64,000 nucleotides of DNA from an uncultured Planctomycetaceae bacterium. GTDB taxonomy: Bacteria; Planctomycetota; Planctomycetia; Pirellulales; Pirellulaceae. The stretch spans positions 194-64,193 of the forward strand of contig CALBSZ010000696.1 in assembly GCA_937967665.1 (NCBI GenBank). Reading direction: 5' to 3'. The notes under the pieces are model-generated. The model was not told the DNA's origin. It saw nothing but the letters and a program-made list of their open reading frames with translations, and ran no database searches. Both the position numbers and the translations under genes were made by a program. Shown here piece after piece: positions 47,005 to 54,910 of this stretch. Position 1 is the stretch's first letter. Each line of letters opens with the position of its first letter.

Positions 47005-48582
47005 ATGGAATTCAACAACATCATCGTTGTCGGCGGTGGTACCTCGGGATGGATGGCGGCGATCTCGCTGGCCAGCTACCTGCCGGACAAGAGGATTACC
47101 GTGATTGACCCGGCGAGCATCTCGCCGATCGGTGTCGGGGAAGCAACGACGGGCGTGGTGCAGCGGTTCGTCAATGACCCGCGGCACCGCCTCTCCCAAC
47201 AGGATCTGTTTCGACACTGCGATACGACACTGAAACTGGGCGTTTGGTACAAAGACTGGCAAGGCGCGGGGACCGATTATCCAACCCCCATCGATGCGCC
47301 GTTCCGCTGGTTCCCGCACACGTATGGCCAGGACGGCGAGGACTTCTACGCGCTGGCGGCGGCAGACGGCCAGGCGCTGGGCGATATCCAGATCCACGCC
47401 ATCTTGATGCGGTTGAACAAGACCGATCTCATCCGTCAACCCGACGGCGCGATCTCGGACCAGTACGCGGATCCTTCCTGCCATTTCGATGCGCTCCAGT
47501 TCGCGGCGTGGTTGAAACGCGTTGCACCGTCGCGGGAAAATATCGTCCATGTGGACGACGTGGTCACGTCGTTCGATCAGGATGCAACGACCGGCCATAT
47601 TCGCAGCGTCACGACGGAGCAAGGTCAAACGTTCGCGGGCGATTTCTTTCTCGACTGCACCGGCTTTCGCCGTCAATTGCTGCAACCGGCCTACACCCCC
47701 GCCTGGATCGACTATTCCAGGCACATCCGAGTCGATTCGGCAATCCCCTTTTTTACGCCGCACGATGACGCCGCCGATATCCCCGTATTCACCGCGGCGC
47801 AAGCCCTGCGTCATGGTTGGATGTGGCGGTTGCCTACCCAGTCGCGGATGGGCAACGGTTACGTCTATTCATCCAGTTATGTCAGCGACGAAAACGCGGT
47901 AAGGGAGCTCCAGCAAGCCGGCTTCGACGTCGGCGAAACGCCGCGCATCATCAGGTTCCAGCCGGGACGCTTCAAATCGCAGTGGCAAGGCAATGTCTGC
48001 GCCCTGGGACTGGCTGGCGGGTTCCTCGAACCGCTGGAAGCGACGACCATTCATATTACGTCGGTGCAGATCAAGGCGCTCGCGGAATTGTATCTGCCTT
48101 TCTATACTTCAGCAGCCGCGGCCGTGTTCGCCCGCGATTTCAACCGGCTGATGCAGTCAATGTATGACGATTTCGTGGACTTCATCAGCATCCACTACCA
48201 CGCCGGCCGTGAAGACTCGGAATTCTGGCGAGACTATCAGCGCGACGACTCGATCACGGCGACGAATCTCGAGCGTCGGGAAAAGTGGCAATACCGTTTT
48301 CCCGTCCGCGAGGACCTGACGCCGATCAACACCAGCCGCCTGCACCTGGTGGCCGGTATGCCCGTTTGGATGCCCACACTGTCGGGACTCGGCTACCTGC
48401 AACCGCGCCAGGCGCAGCAGTTCTGCCGAACGTCCCCGTTCCCAACGCAAGCCCAGGAAAACGCGCAACGCTACCTGAGGATGCGCGAAGTCATTTGCCG
48501 GAATCCCGTGTCACATCGGGATGCGATTGCGTACCTTCGCGGCGAATCACGCGGCACGCCGGCGGCCGCGCCGATGAACTGA
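47005..48582 (+). CDS. Flavin-dependent (tryptophan-type) halogenase family protein
   Basis: Start MEFNNIIVVGGGTSGWMAA (GxGxxG). IGVGEAT; Lys in CDTTLKLGVW aligns to RebH K79; GWMWRLP (WxWxIP-type); GFLEPLEATT (EPLE Glu). Confidence 0.85.
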   Translation: MEFNNIIVVGGGTSGWMAAISLASYLPDKRITVIDPASISPIGVGEATTGVVQRFVNDPRHRLSQQDLFRHCDTTLKLGVWYKDWQGAGTDYPTPIDAPFRWFPHTYGQDGEDFYALAAADGQALGDIQIHAILMRLNKTDLIRQPDGAISDQYADPSCHFDALQFAAWLKRVAPSRENIVHVDDVVTSFDQDATTGHIRSVTTEQGQTFAGDFFLDCTGFRRQLLQPAYTPAWIDYSRHIRVDSAIPFFTPHDDAADIPVFTAAQALRHGWMWRLPTQSRMGNGYVYSSSYVSDENAVRELQQAGFDVGETPRIIRFQPGRFKSQWQGNVCALGLAGGFLEPLEATTIHITSVQIKALAELYLPFYTSAAAAVFARDFNRLMQSMYDDFVDFISIHYHAGREDSEFWRDYQRDDSITATNLERREKWQYRFPVREDLTPINTSRLHLVAGMPVWMPTLSGLGYLQPRQAQQFCRTSPFPTQAQENAQRYLRMREVICRNPVSHRDAIAYLRGESRGTPAAAPMN

Positions 48583-48839
48583 TCCAGCGCTGAGTCAAAC
48601 ACGGTGACCGGACGCTGCAGGGGAGGGAGGCAATTGCCGGAACGGATACCGTTGAACGCTTCACCCTTCAGCCACCCGAATTGCCATCTCCGCTCGATCC
48701 TCGCGACTCTCCCGAAGGGAGCATCCAAGACACTCTTCCTTCGGCAGGGTCGGACTTCGTAGCGGGTGCCATGTCAGGTTTGGTGAGCTGTTGGAAGGCT
48801 TCGTCCATCTGTTGGCGGCGCTCGCGCGGCTGGGTGGCC

Positions 48840-48861
48840 GGGGTCGAGCGCAGCGAGCCCC
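48840..48861. repeat. Left copy of 22-bp direct repeat GGGGTCGAGCGCAGCGAGCCCC flanking the IS
   Basis: Identical 22-mer at 50312-50333, counted base by base. Confidence 0.95.
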
Positions 48862-50312
48862 ATACGCATCAAGTTAAGAAAAACTGCTCTTCGCGAAAAG
48901 GCGGAAGCTCCGCCAGAATTGAGGGTTGTATCAAAAAACAATCCTGGGAGAAGGAGCTTCCGCATGAGTATGATAGCAAAGGTGGCTGCCGCGTTGCAGA
49001 GCGTTTTCGGTGCGTGTGCAGAGATTGCTGCTGAGGAATCAAAAGTTATTCAGAGACGGCGAAAATTTACTCCGCAATCCTTAGCACAGGTGTTCGTGTT
49101 GGCGTTGCTTCAGAATCCGAGAGCCAACAGTGAGGATATGGCGAGCATGGCGGCCGCGAGTGGCATCGAGGTCTCTCATCAAGCGGTCGAGCAACGCTAT
49201 TCGCTGCGACTCGTGGAGTTCTTCCGGGAGTTGTTCCAGCAGATGACGAAGCAAGTCGTGTCCTCGGATACCGCTTTGGCTAAGCTCTTGGAACGTTTTA
49301 CTGAGGTCATTGTGATCGACAGCAGCGTGATCACCTTGCCAGACAGCCAACAGGAAAACTTTCGCGGCTGTGGCGGAAGTTACGAAGGTGGCAAGTCGGC
49401 TTTGAAACTTCAAACCGAACTGGAGCTTCGTGGGGGAGAACTCCGTTGTGTTCAGATCGAGCAAGGGCGCTCTCCCGATGGTGCTAGCGATCGTCAACAC
49501 GTCGCTTTTGCGCCGGGTTCGTTGCGCCTCGCCGACTTGGGATATTTCAACCTTCCTGTGCTGAAAAGGATCGCTGCCTCGAAAGCCTTCTTCCTCACCC
49601 GGTTGCCGCATCACACGAAAATCTATTTCGCAGCCAAAAAACACGACGTGGTGGCTTGGCTTAAATCGCAGGGCCGAATGCTGGTCGATACGTGGATTGA
49701 AATTGGCTCCGAAGCTCGCGTTCAATGTCGCTTAATCGCGTGGCGAGTTCCCGAGGAAGTCGCGAACCGCCGCCGTCAGAAGCTGATCGAAAAGACGCGT
49801 AGCAAGACAGGACGGGCTCCCACGGCCGAGTCGCTGGCCTCATGTGATTGGGAACTCTTGGTCACCAATCTTCCCGAAGATCAGCTGGGCGTCAAAGAAG
49901 CCGTTGTGCTGTATCGCTCCCGTTGGCAAATCGAATTGCTGTTTAAACGTTGGAAGTCACTCTGCTTGATTGATGAGTTAGACGGCCGCAACGATGTCGT
50001 GACGATGGTGAGGTTCTGGGCTCGCCTGTGCGGGGTGCTCATACAGCATTGGCTAACGGTCGGTGCGGCTTGGTCGGATGCGCTTCACTTAAGTTTCACG
50101 AAAGTGGCCAAGCTAGTGCGAAAGTTTGCGAAGGACCTTGCTATCGCCCTCTCCTCAGCTGGAGACGTGGAGCTGATTATTGAGCGATTCTGCACGATGG
50201 CTCGCACCGGATGTCGACGGAACAAACGCAGGAAACACCCCGGAACCATTCAGTTATTGAGAAACCCGGAATTGCTCGACTACACTTTAATCGGCTTAAC
50301 TTGATGCGTATG
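48861..50312 (+). mobile_element. IS4-family insertion sequence (~1.45 kb) with 18-bp perfect terminal inverted repeats
   Basis: IRL CATACGCATCAAGTTAAG (48861-48878) and IRR CTTAACTTGATGCGTATG (50295-50312) are exact reverse complements. It carries a single DDE transposase ORF whose stop lies inside IRR. Confidence 0.9.
48964..50304 (+). CDS. IS4-family DDE transposase
   Basis: Start MSMIAKV with AGGAG upstream. VIVIDSS (D1) and LRLADLGYF (D2). YRSRWQIELLFKRWK fits the Y-x2-R-x3-E-x6-K signature exactly. Confidence 0.9.
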   Translation: MSMIAKVAAALQSVFGACAEIAAEESKVIQRRRKFTPQSLAQVFVLALLQNPRANSEDMASMAAASGIEVSHQAVEQRYSLRLVEFFRELFQQMTKQVVSSDTALAKLLERFTEVIVIDSSVITLPDSQQENFRGCGGSYEGGKSALKLQTELELRGGELRCVQIEQGRSPDGASDRQHVAFAPGSLRLADLGYFNLPVLKRIAASKAFFLTRLPHHTKIYFAAKKHDVVAWLKSQGRMLVDTWIEIGSEARVQCRLIAWRVPEEVANRRRQKLIEKTRSKTGRAPTAESLASCDWELLVTNLPEDQLGVKEAVVLYRSRWQIELLFKRWKSLCLIDELDGRNDVVTMVRFWARLCGVLIQHWLTVGAAWSDALHLSFTKVAKLVRKFAKDLAIALSSAGDVELIIERFCTMARTGCRRNKRRKHPGTIQLLRNPELLDYTLIGLT

Positions 50313-50333
50313 GGGTCGAGCGCAGCGAGCCCC
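50312..50333. repeat. Right copy of the 22-bp direct repeat flanking the IS
   Basis: Identical to 48840-48861. Confidence 0.95.
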
Positions 50334-50352
50334 CGGGAGGCCAAGGTTCTGT

Positions 50353-50381
50353 GGGGTCGCTGCGCTCCACCACAGCCACCC
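50353..50381. repeat. Inverted partner arm of the REP-like element targeted by the IS
   Basis: GGGGTCGCTGCGCTCCACCACAGCCACCC aligns at about 27 of 32 positions with the reverse complement of 48832-48861 (GGGGCTCGCTGCGCTCGACCCCGGCCACCC). Confidence 0.75.
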
Positions 50382-50404
50382 ATTCTCCACTCTTGAGACA
50401 ACGC

Positions 50405-51541
50405 CTAGGAGTGCGACGCCGTCGGCAGGTCCGCTGTCGCCGAATCGGGTCTGGTCAGCTGGCCGAATACGGCTTCCATCTGATTGCGGCGAGCGGGCGA
50501 CCACCAGTCGAAAAACGCCTGGCGCGACGTTTCGAGTAGTTGCTGCTCGGCACACAGCGTGCGTTCCAGGTACTTCACCTCTTTCGGCTTGTCCGCTTCG
50601 CGCAACCAGCGCTGCAGGCGTCGGACGGCCGTCGCATGGTCATTGATTTTCCCCAGCTTGTCCTGCATCTCGGACAGGCAGGGATAGAGCGACGCGCGCA
50701 GCTGCTCCGGAAACGCCGCGGCCAGCAATTCCATCGCGTAACGAAGCTTCTTGCCCTGGATACGAAACTGGTGCAAGTTGTCGTGGTCCGTGAAATCGGC
50801 CCGGCCGGCGATCAGGAAGGCATCGATGTACGACTGCAACTGCAGCGCCGACCAGGGTCCGAACTGGAGCGGCGAGGCGGCCGGTTCGCCGCGCCAGCGC
50901 GACCGCTTGACGAGCTTGCGAACGCGCCGGGGAAACCGCTTTTTGTACATCAACCGCCGATAAACTTTTCGGATTGATCGCTGTGCCCGCCGCCGGTCCG
51001 CGCGCACGCGCTTGAGTAGCCGCGCCGCCCCGGCGTCTCGCTTTTCAGATTTCAGGCGCAGGATACAGACATCGTCATCGCGAGACTCGCTGGTAGCGCG
51101 GAGGATGCGTTTGAGTTGTCTTAGGATCCACCGCGCGCGTCGGCGCGGCACGAAGTCGCCATACAATTCGACGGCTGCCTGGGCACGGCGGCTCCAGACA
51201 CGCAGTTGATGCACGTACTCGACGTTCTGTTTCGAACGCGTCGCCGCCAATCGCAGATACTTTTGCAGCGGCGACAGGCGGCTCAGCAAACTCTGCCGAA
51301 CGACGTCGTCGACCGGATCGGTCGGCGAAACTTCGATCCATTTGACAGGTTGCGGCACGTTTCGACCTCGTCGTCCAATCAAGGATGTACTGTGAAGCAA
51401 CGAAGCCAGCCGGCCCGTGCACTCCTGTATTAGGCCATTGTGAAGGCCGCCGGGCAAGACGCAATAAGGTTCCTGTTCTAGAAGCCCCTGTAGCCCCACG
51501 CCCCGCGCGGTTTCGGGTTTCGCCGAGTCGACTCGCGTCAA
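50405..51541 (-). CDS. CHAD domain protein
   Basis: Two CHAD-type helical blocks with conserved His/Arg: VHQLRVWSRRAQAAVELYGDF and LHQFRIQGKKLRYAMELLAAAF. The start codon is uncertain. Confidence 0.75.
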   Translation of the reverse strand: MTRVDSAKPETARGVGLQGLLEQEPYCVLPGGLHNGLIQECTGRLASLLHSTSLIGRRGRNVPQPVKWIEVSPTDPVDDVVRQSLLSRLSPLQKYLRLAATRSKQNVEYVHQLRVWSRRAQAAVELYGDFVPRRRARWILRQLKRILRATSESRDDDVCILRLKSEKRDAGAARLLKRVRADRRRAQRSIRKVYRRLMYKKRFPRRVRKLVKRSRWRGEPAASPLQFGPWSALQLQSYIDAFLIAGRADFTDHDNLHQFRIQGKKLRYAMELLAAAFPEQLRASLYPCLSEMQDKLGKINDHATAVRRLQRWLREADKPKEVKYLERTLCAEQQLLETSRQAFFDWWSPARRNQMEAVFGQLTRPDSATADLPTASHS

Positions 51542-51679
51542 GGCTTCCTCTTAACGGCCTCTTAACGTAAACTTCATCCGTGCTTCATGTGATGGGCTGC
51601 CGAGAAGGCGTTGCCTGGCTCGACGGTAATCGACCATTCGCGGTGGTCATGGAAAACGGTGGGAGGAGTAATTCAGCGA

Positions 51680-53836
51680 ATGACCAGCATTTTTCCTCGT
51701 CAAAGAATCGAGTGCGGGGGGCCGTTGCGCGCGGCACCCCAACGCGTCGCAGCTGGATTCGTTACTGTCCTGATGCTGGGCATGCTCGTGCCCGCCTCGG
51801 CGGTTTCCCAGCAAGTCGAGAGGTCAGCGGCGGCATCCCCTTCGGGTGGCGACGTCGCCGCGCCTGTCGGGAATGGAATTCCCGCGGAAGACTCAACGGC
51901 CCGCGTTGTTTCGAAACTGGTTCCCGATTTCAGAATGCTGTCCGGGTCGCCGGCAACTACGGTGGACCTGCGCGGCCTGGAACAGCTGCCAGATGCCGGG
52001 ATCGCTTGGGGAACGGCGAGTATTGTATTTAACAAGAAAAGCAAAGTCGTGGCGGCGGAGATTGTGGACGACCGGTTCCTGGTGCTCAAGCCGGGCAAGG
52101 TCGGCGCCAGTGAACTCGTCGTCGAGTTCGCTTTGTCGAATGGCCAGCCGTTACATTCGAAGTTCAACGTCGAAGTCTGGGAGCCGGACTACTGGAAACT
52201 AGCGCTCACCGTCATCGGCGGATTGGGGATTTTCCTGCTGGGCATGAAGAGCATGTCGGACGGGCTGCAAGCGGTCGCCGGCAATGGACTTCGTCGCATG
52301 ATCGCGGTGGTAACGAACAATCGCGTAATGGCCGCCGGCGTCGGAACACTCGTCACCATGATCCTGCAATCCAGTTCGATCACCACCGTCATGGTCGTTG
52401 GCTTCGTCAACAGCGGATTCATGACCCTGGCGCAGGCCATTGGCGTCATTTTTGGAGCCAACATCGGCACGACGATTACTGGCTGGATCCTGGTGCTCAA
52501 GATCGGCAAGTACGGACTGCCGATTGCCGGAGTGGCGGCATTCGGGTACCTGTTCCTGAAGCGGGACCGCTGGCGTTACGCTTCGATGGCCCTGATGGGA
52601 CTCGGCATGGTCTTTCTGGGTCTCGAATTGATGAAAGACGGTTTCGCGATCATCAAGGACTTGCCGGCCTTCGAACAATGGTTCGAGCGGTTTGCGGCAA
52701 ACAGTTATATCGGCGTTTTGAAATGCGCGGCGGTGGGTTGCGTGCTGACATTCATCGTGCAGTCGTCGTCCGCGACGCTGGGCATCACCATTGGGCTGGC
52801 ACAGATCGGCGTGATTCCCTTCGAAACGGCCGCGGCACTTGTGCTGGGCGAGAACATTGGGACCACGATTACGGCGTGGCTGGCGTCCTTTGGCACGACG
52901 GCCAACGCGAAACGTGCGGCCTTCGCGCATATTACGTTCAATGCTCTCGGTGTGGCCTGGATCACTGCGATTTTCCCCTGGTACATCACGCTGATCAAGA
53001 CCTTTATCAGCGGCAGTCCCACGGGCGATGTATCGGCTGACGTCACGGCCGCCATCGCTGCGACGCACACGGGTTTTAACGTGGTGAATACGCTCGCCTT
53101 CCTGCCGCTCGCCGGCGTCATGGCTAAAGGACTGACGCGTCTCATTCCCGAACGCGGCAGCCCGATGCAGCCCCATTTGACAAACCTGGACGTCCGCATC
53201 CTGGAATCTCCGGTGCTGGCGATCGAACAGTGTCGCGTGGAAGTATTGAGAATGGCCGAGTCCTGCAAGGTGATGATGGCGTGGCTGCGCGAGGTGCTGG
53301 CAAGTGACGTTCCGGATTCCGCCATCGTGCAGCAGGCCTCTCGGGAAGAAAAGGACGTCGACGTCATGCAGGACGAAGTGGTGGCGTTCATGACCGGCCT
53401 GCTGGCGTCGAATATTCCCGAAGACCTGATTAACGAAGCACGTCGCCTGCTGCGCATGGCTGACGAGTACGAATCGATTACGGACTACGTGGGCAGAATC
53501 ATCAAGTATCAGGTCAAGCTGCACGAAGCAGGCTTGACCTATGACGACACGGAGCGGCAAAGCCTGCTGCATTTGCACGAAATGGTTGACGCCTACCTGC
53601 AAGCCACCATCCAGGATTTTCGACAATTGCAATCGGGACAGGCAGCGGCGGAAAGTGGACGCGGACGGGATATCGCGCGGGAAGTCCGCAACTTGAGGAG
53701 TAAGATTATGGACCGCATGTCCCAAAACGGCATTCCTCCCCGCGTTAGCGTGACGTACAACCGGCAAATCAACGCCTACCGCCGCGTACGCGACCACGCC
53801 GTGAACATCGTCGAGGCCATCGCGGGAACCAAATAG
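51680..53836 (+). CDS. Na/Pi-cotransporter family protein with C-terminal PhoU-like domain and ~170-aa N-terminal extracytoplasmic extension
   Basis: I use the start MTSIFPRQ with GGGAGGAG 12 nt upstream. GGLGIFLLGMKSMSDGL...QSSSITTVMVVGFVNSG and the second half QSSSATLGITIGLAQ are the duplicated NaPi-II motifs. The helical PhoU-like tail has DEVVAFM / DEYESITDY. Confidence 0.85.
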   Translation: MTSIFPRQRIECGGPLRAAPQRVAAGFVTVLMLGMLVPASAVSQQVERSAAASPSGGDVAAPVGNGIPAEDSTARVVSKLVPDFRMLSGSPATTVDLRGLEQLPDAGIAWGTASIVFNKKSKVVAAEIVDDRFLVLKPGKVGASELVVEFALSNGQPLHSKFNVEVWEPDYWKLALTVIGGLGIFLLGMKSMSDGLQAVAGNGLRRMIAVVTNNRVMAAGVGTLVTMILQSSSITTVMVVGFVNSGFMTLAQAIGVIFGANIGTTITGWILVLKIGKYGLPIAGVAAFGYLFLKRDRWRYASMALMGLGMVFLGLELMKDGFAIIKDLPAFEQWFERFAANSYIGVLKCAAVGCVLTFIVQSSSATLGITIGLAQIGVIPFETAAALVLGENIGTTITAWLASFGTTANAKRAAFAHITFNALGVAWITAIFPWYITLIKTFISGSPTGDVSADVTAAIAATHTGFNVVNTLAFLPLAGVMAKGLTRLIPERGSPMQPHLTNLDVRILESPVLAIEQCRVEVLRMAESCKVMMAWLREVLASDVPDSAIVQQASREEKDVDVMQDEVVAFMTGLLASNIPEDLINEARRLLRMADEYESITDYVGRIIKYQVKLHEAGLTYDDTERQSLLHLHEMVDAYLQATIQDFRQLQSGQAAAESGRGRDIAREVRNLRSKIMDRMSQNGIPPRVSVTYNRQINAYRRVRDHAVNIVEAIAGTK

Positions 53837-53893
53837 CAGCACAGGGAGGCTAACAGCGCCGAGGCGTTCTCGCAGTGACTCAATCGCCGCAAT

Positions 53894-54349
53894 TCAGGTG
53901 TTGAAGCATTCCGCGGCAATCCGGTCCGCGGTGGCTTGCAACAAGTCGAGCAGTTCGGCATCTGTCACCAGTTCGGCGGCATCCGTTAACGAAACCCAGC
54001 GCCGTTCCCGACGATGCGATTCGTTCCAAATCACATCGGTTCGAGACACCTTCATCAGAAAAGCAATGACAGTAAGCTGCTTGCGACGCTTCGTCATCTG
54101 AATGCAACCCAGCGGTTCGCCGATGATTTCGCCATGCAGGCCGGCTTCTTCCTCGGCTTCCAGCAACGCGATGCCGGCCTCCGATTCGCCGCCCTCCACG
54201 TATCCCTTGGGAAAGATCCACTTGCCGGCACTCGAAGTGATCAAGCAGACTTCAGTCAAGTTGCCGCGCCGGCGAAAGGGGACGGCACAGGCTTGATCAA
54301 TGCGTGAATCGTCATGGGGAGCGGGTGTCATGCCATCCTTGCCTCGCAA
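53894..54349 (-). CDS. NUDIX hydrolase
   Basis: Nudix box GYVEGGESEAGIALLEAEEEAGL (Gx5Ex7-[L]-EUxEExGU), 151 aa. An alternative start is at 54331. Confidence 0.8.
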   Translation of the reverse strand: MRGKDGMTPAPHDDSRIDQACAVPFRRRGNLTEVCLITSSAGKWIFPKGYVEGGESEAGIALLEAEEEAGLHGEIIGEPLGCIQMTKRRKQLTVIAFLMKVSRTDVIWNESHRRERRWVSLTDAAELVTDAELLDLLQATADRIAAECFNT

Positions 54350-54910
54350 AATCGCAACGGAAATCCTTGCCGCTGCAAGAACTTAGCAAAACCACACCGG
54401 TGGAAACAAGACGAATCGCTGCCGTCGTCACGATAAGATGCCGCGGCTTGCTTGCCTCACGCGGCAGCTACGCCGCCTTTCGCCCCCGCAGCGCCCGTCT
54501 TGGCCCCGCTATGGGGTAGCGGATTCCTATGGCTCGTGTTCCGAGACGAAGCCGTTTTGTTCAGAGTTCGCGACATTTCCTCGCAATAGGAACATTCATG
54601 GCCAACAAACCTGCCATTTGATTGCAATCCACAAAATCAGTTACTAAAGTATGCATTAGGCGCTTGAAGTCGTCGGAATCGAACCGGGATTTGCGTGTTC
54701 GCAAACGTTGTACTGTCTTCCCGCGTTCGACGGCGACTCACGCTCCTCTCTTCGGGACAGAGACGTAGCGAGGCGGTCATTCGATCCTTTTCCTGAACGA
54801 ATGCAGTTGCGTCCCAAAAAGACGGTAACGGTTGGAGACACGGTGAAACAGGGCTGCACGAGCAGTTCCTTATTTTTCGCTGTGCGCATACCACATTTGG
54901 AGAGTCACTC

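Noticed and set aside
47128-47172. Apparent loss of the catalytic Lys in the halogenase (GVGEATTGVVQRFV)
   Set aside because: My first by-eye alignment put the Lys here. Re-aligning to RebH as I recall it shows that K79 lies further downstream (..CNASYKVAIKF..) and corresponds to the Lys in CDTTLKLGVW, so the Lys is conserved.
48840-48861. The 22-bp flanks as outer parts of the IS terminal inverted repeats
   Set aside because: The two copies are in direct orientation, not inverted. Reverse-complement comparison fails beyond 3 bp outside the 18-bp IRs.
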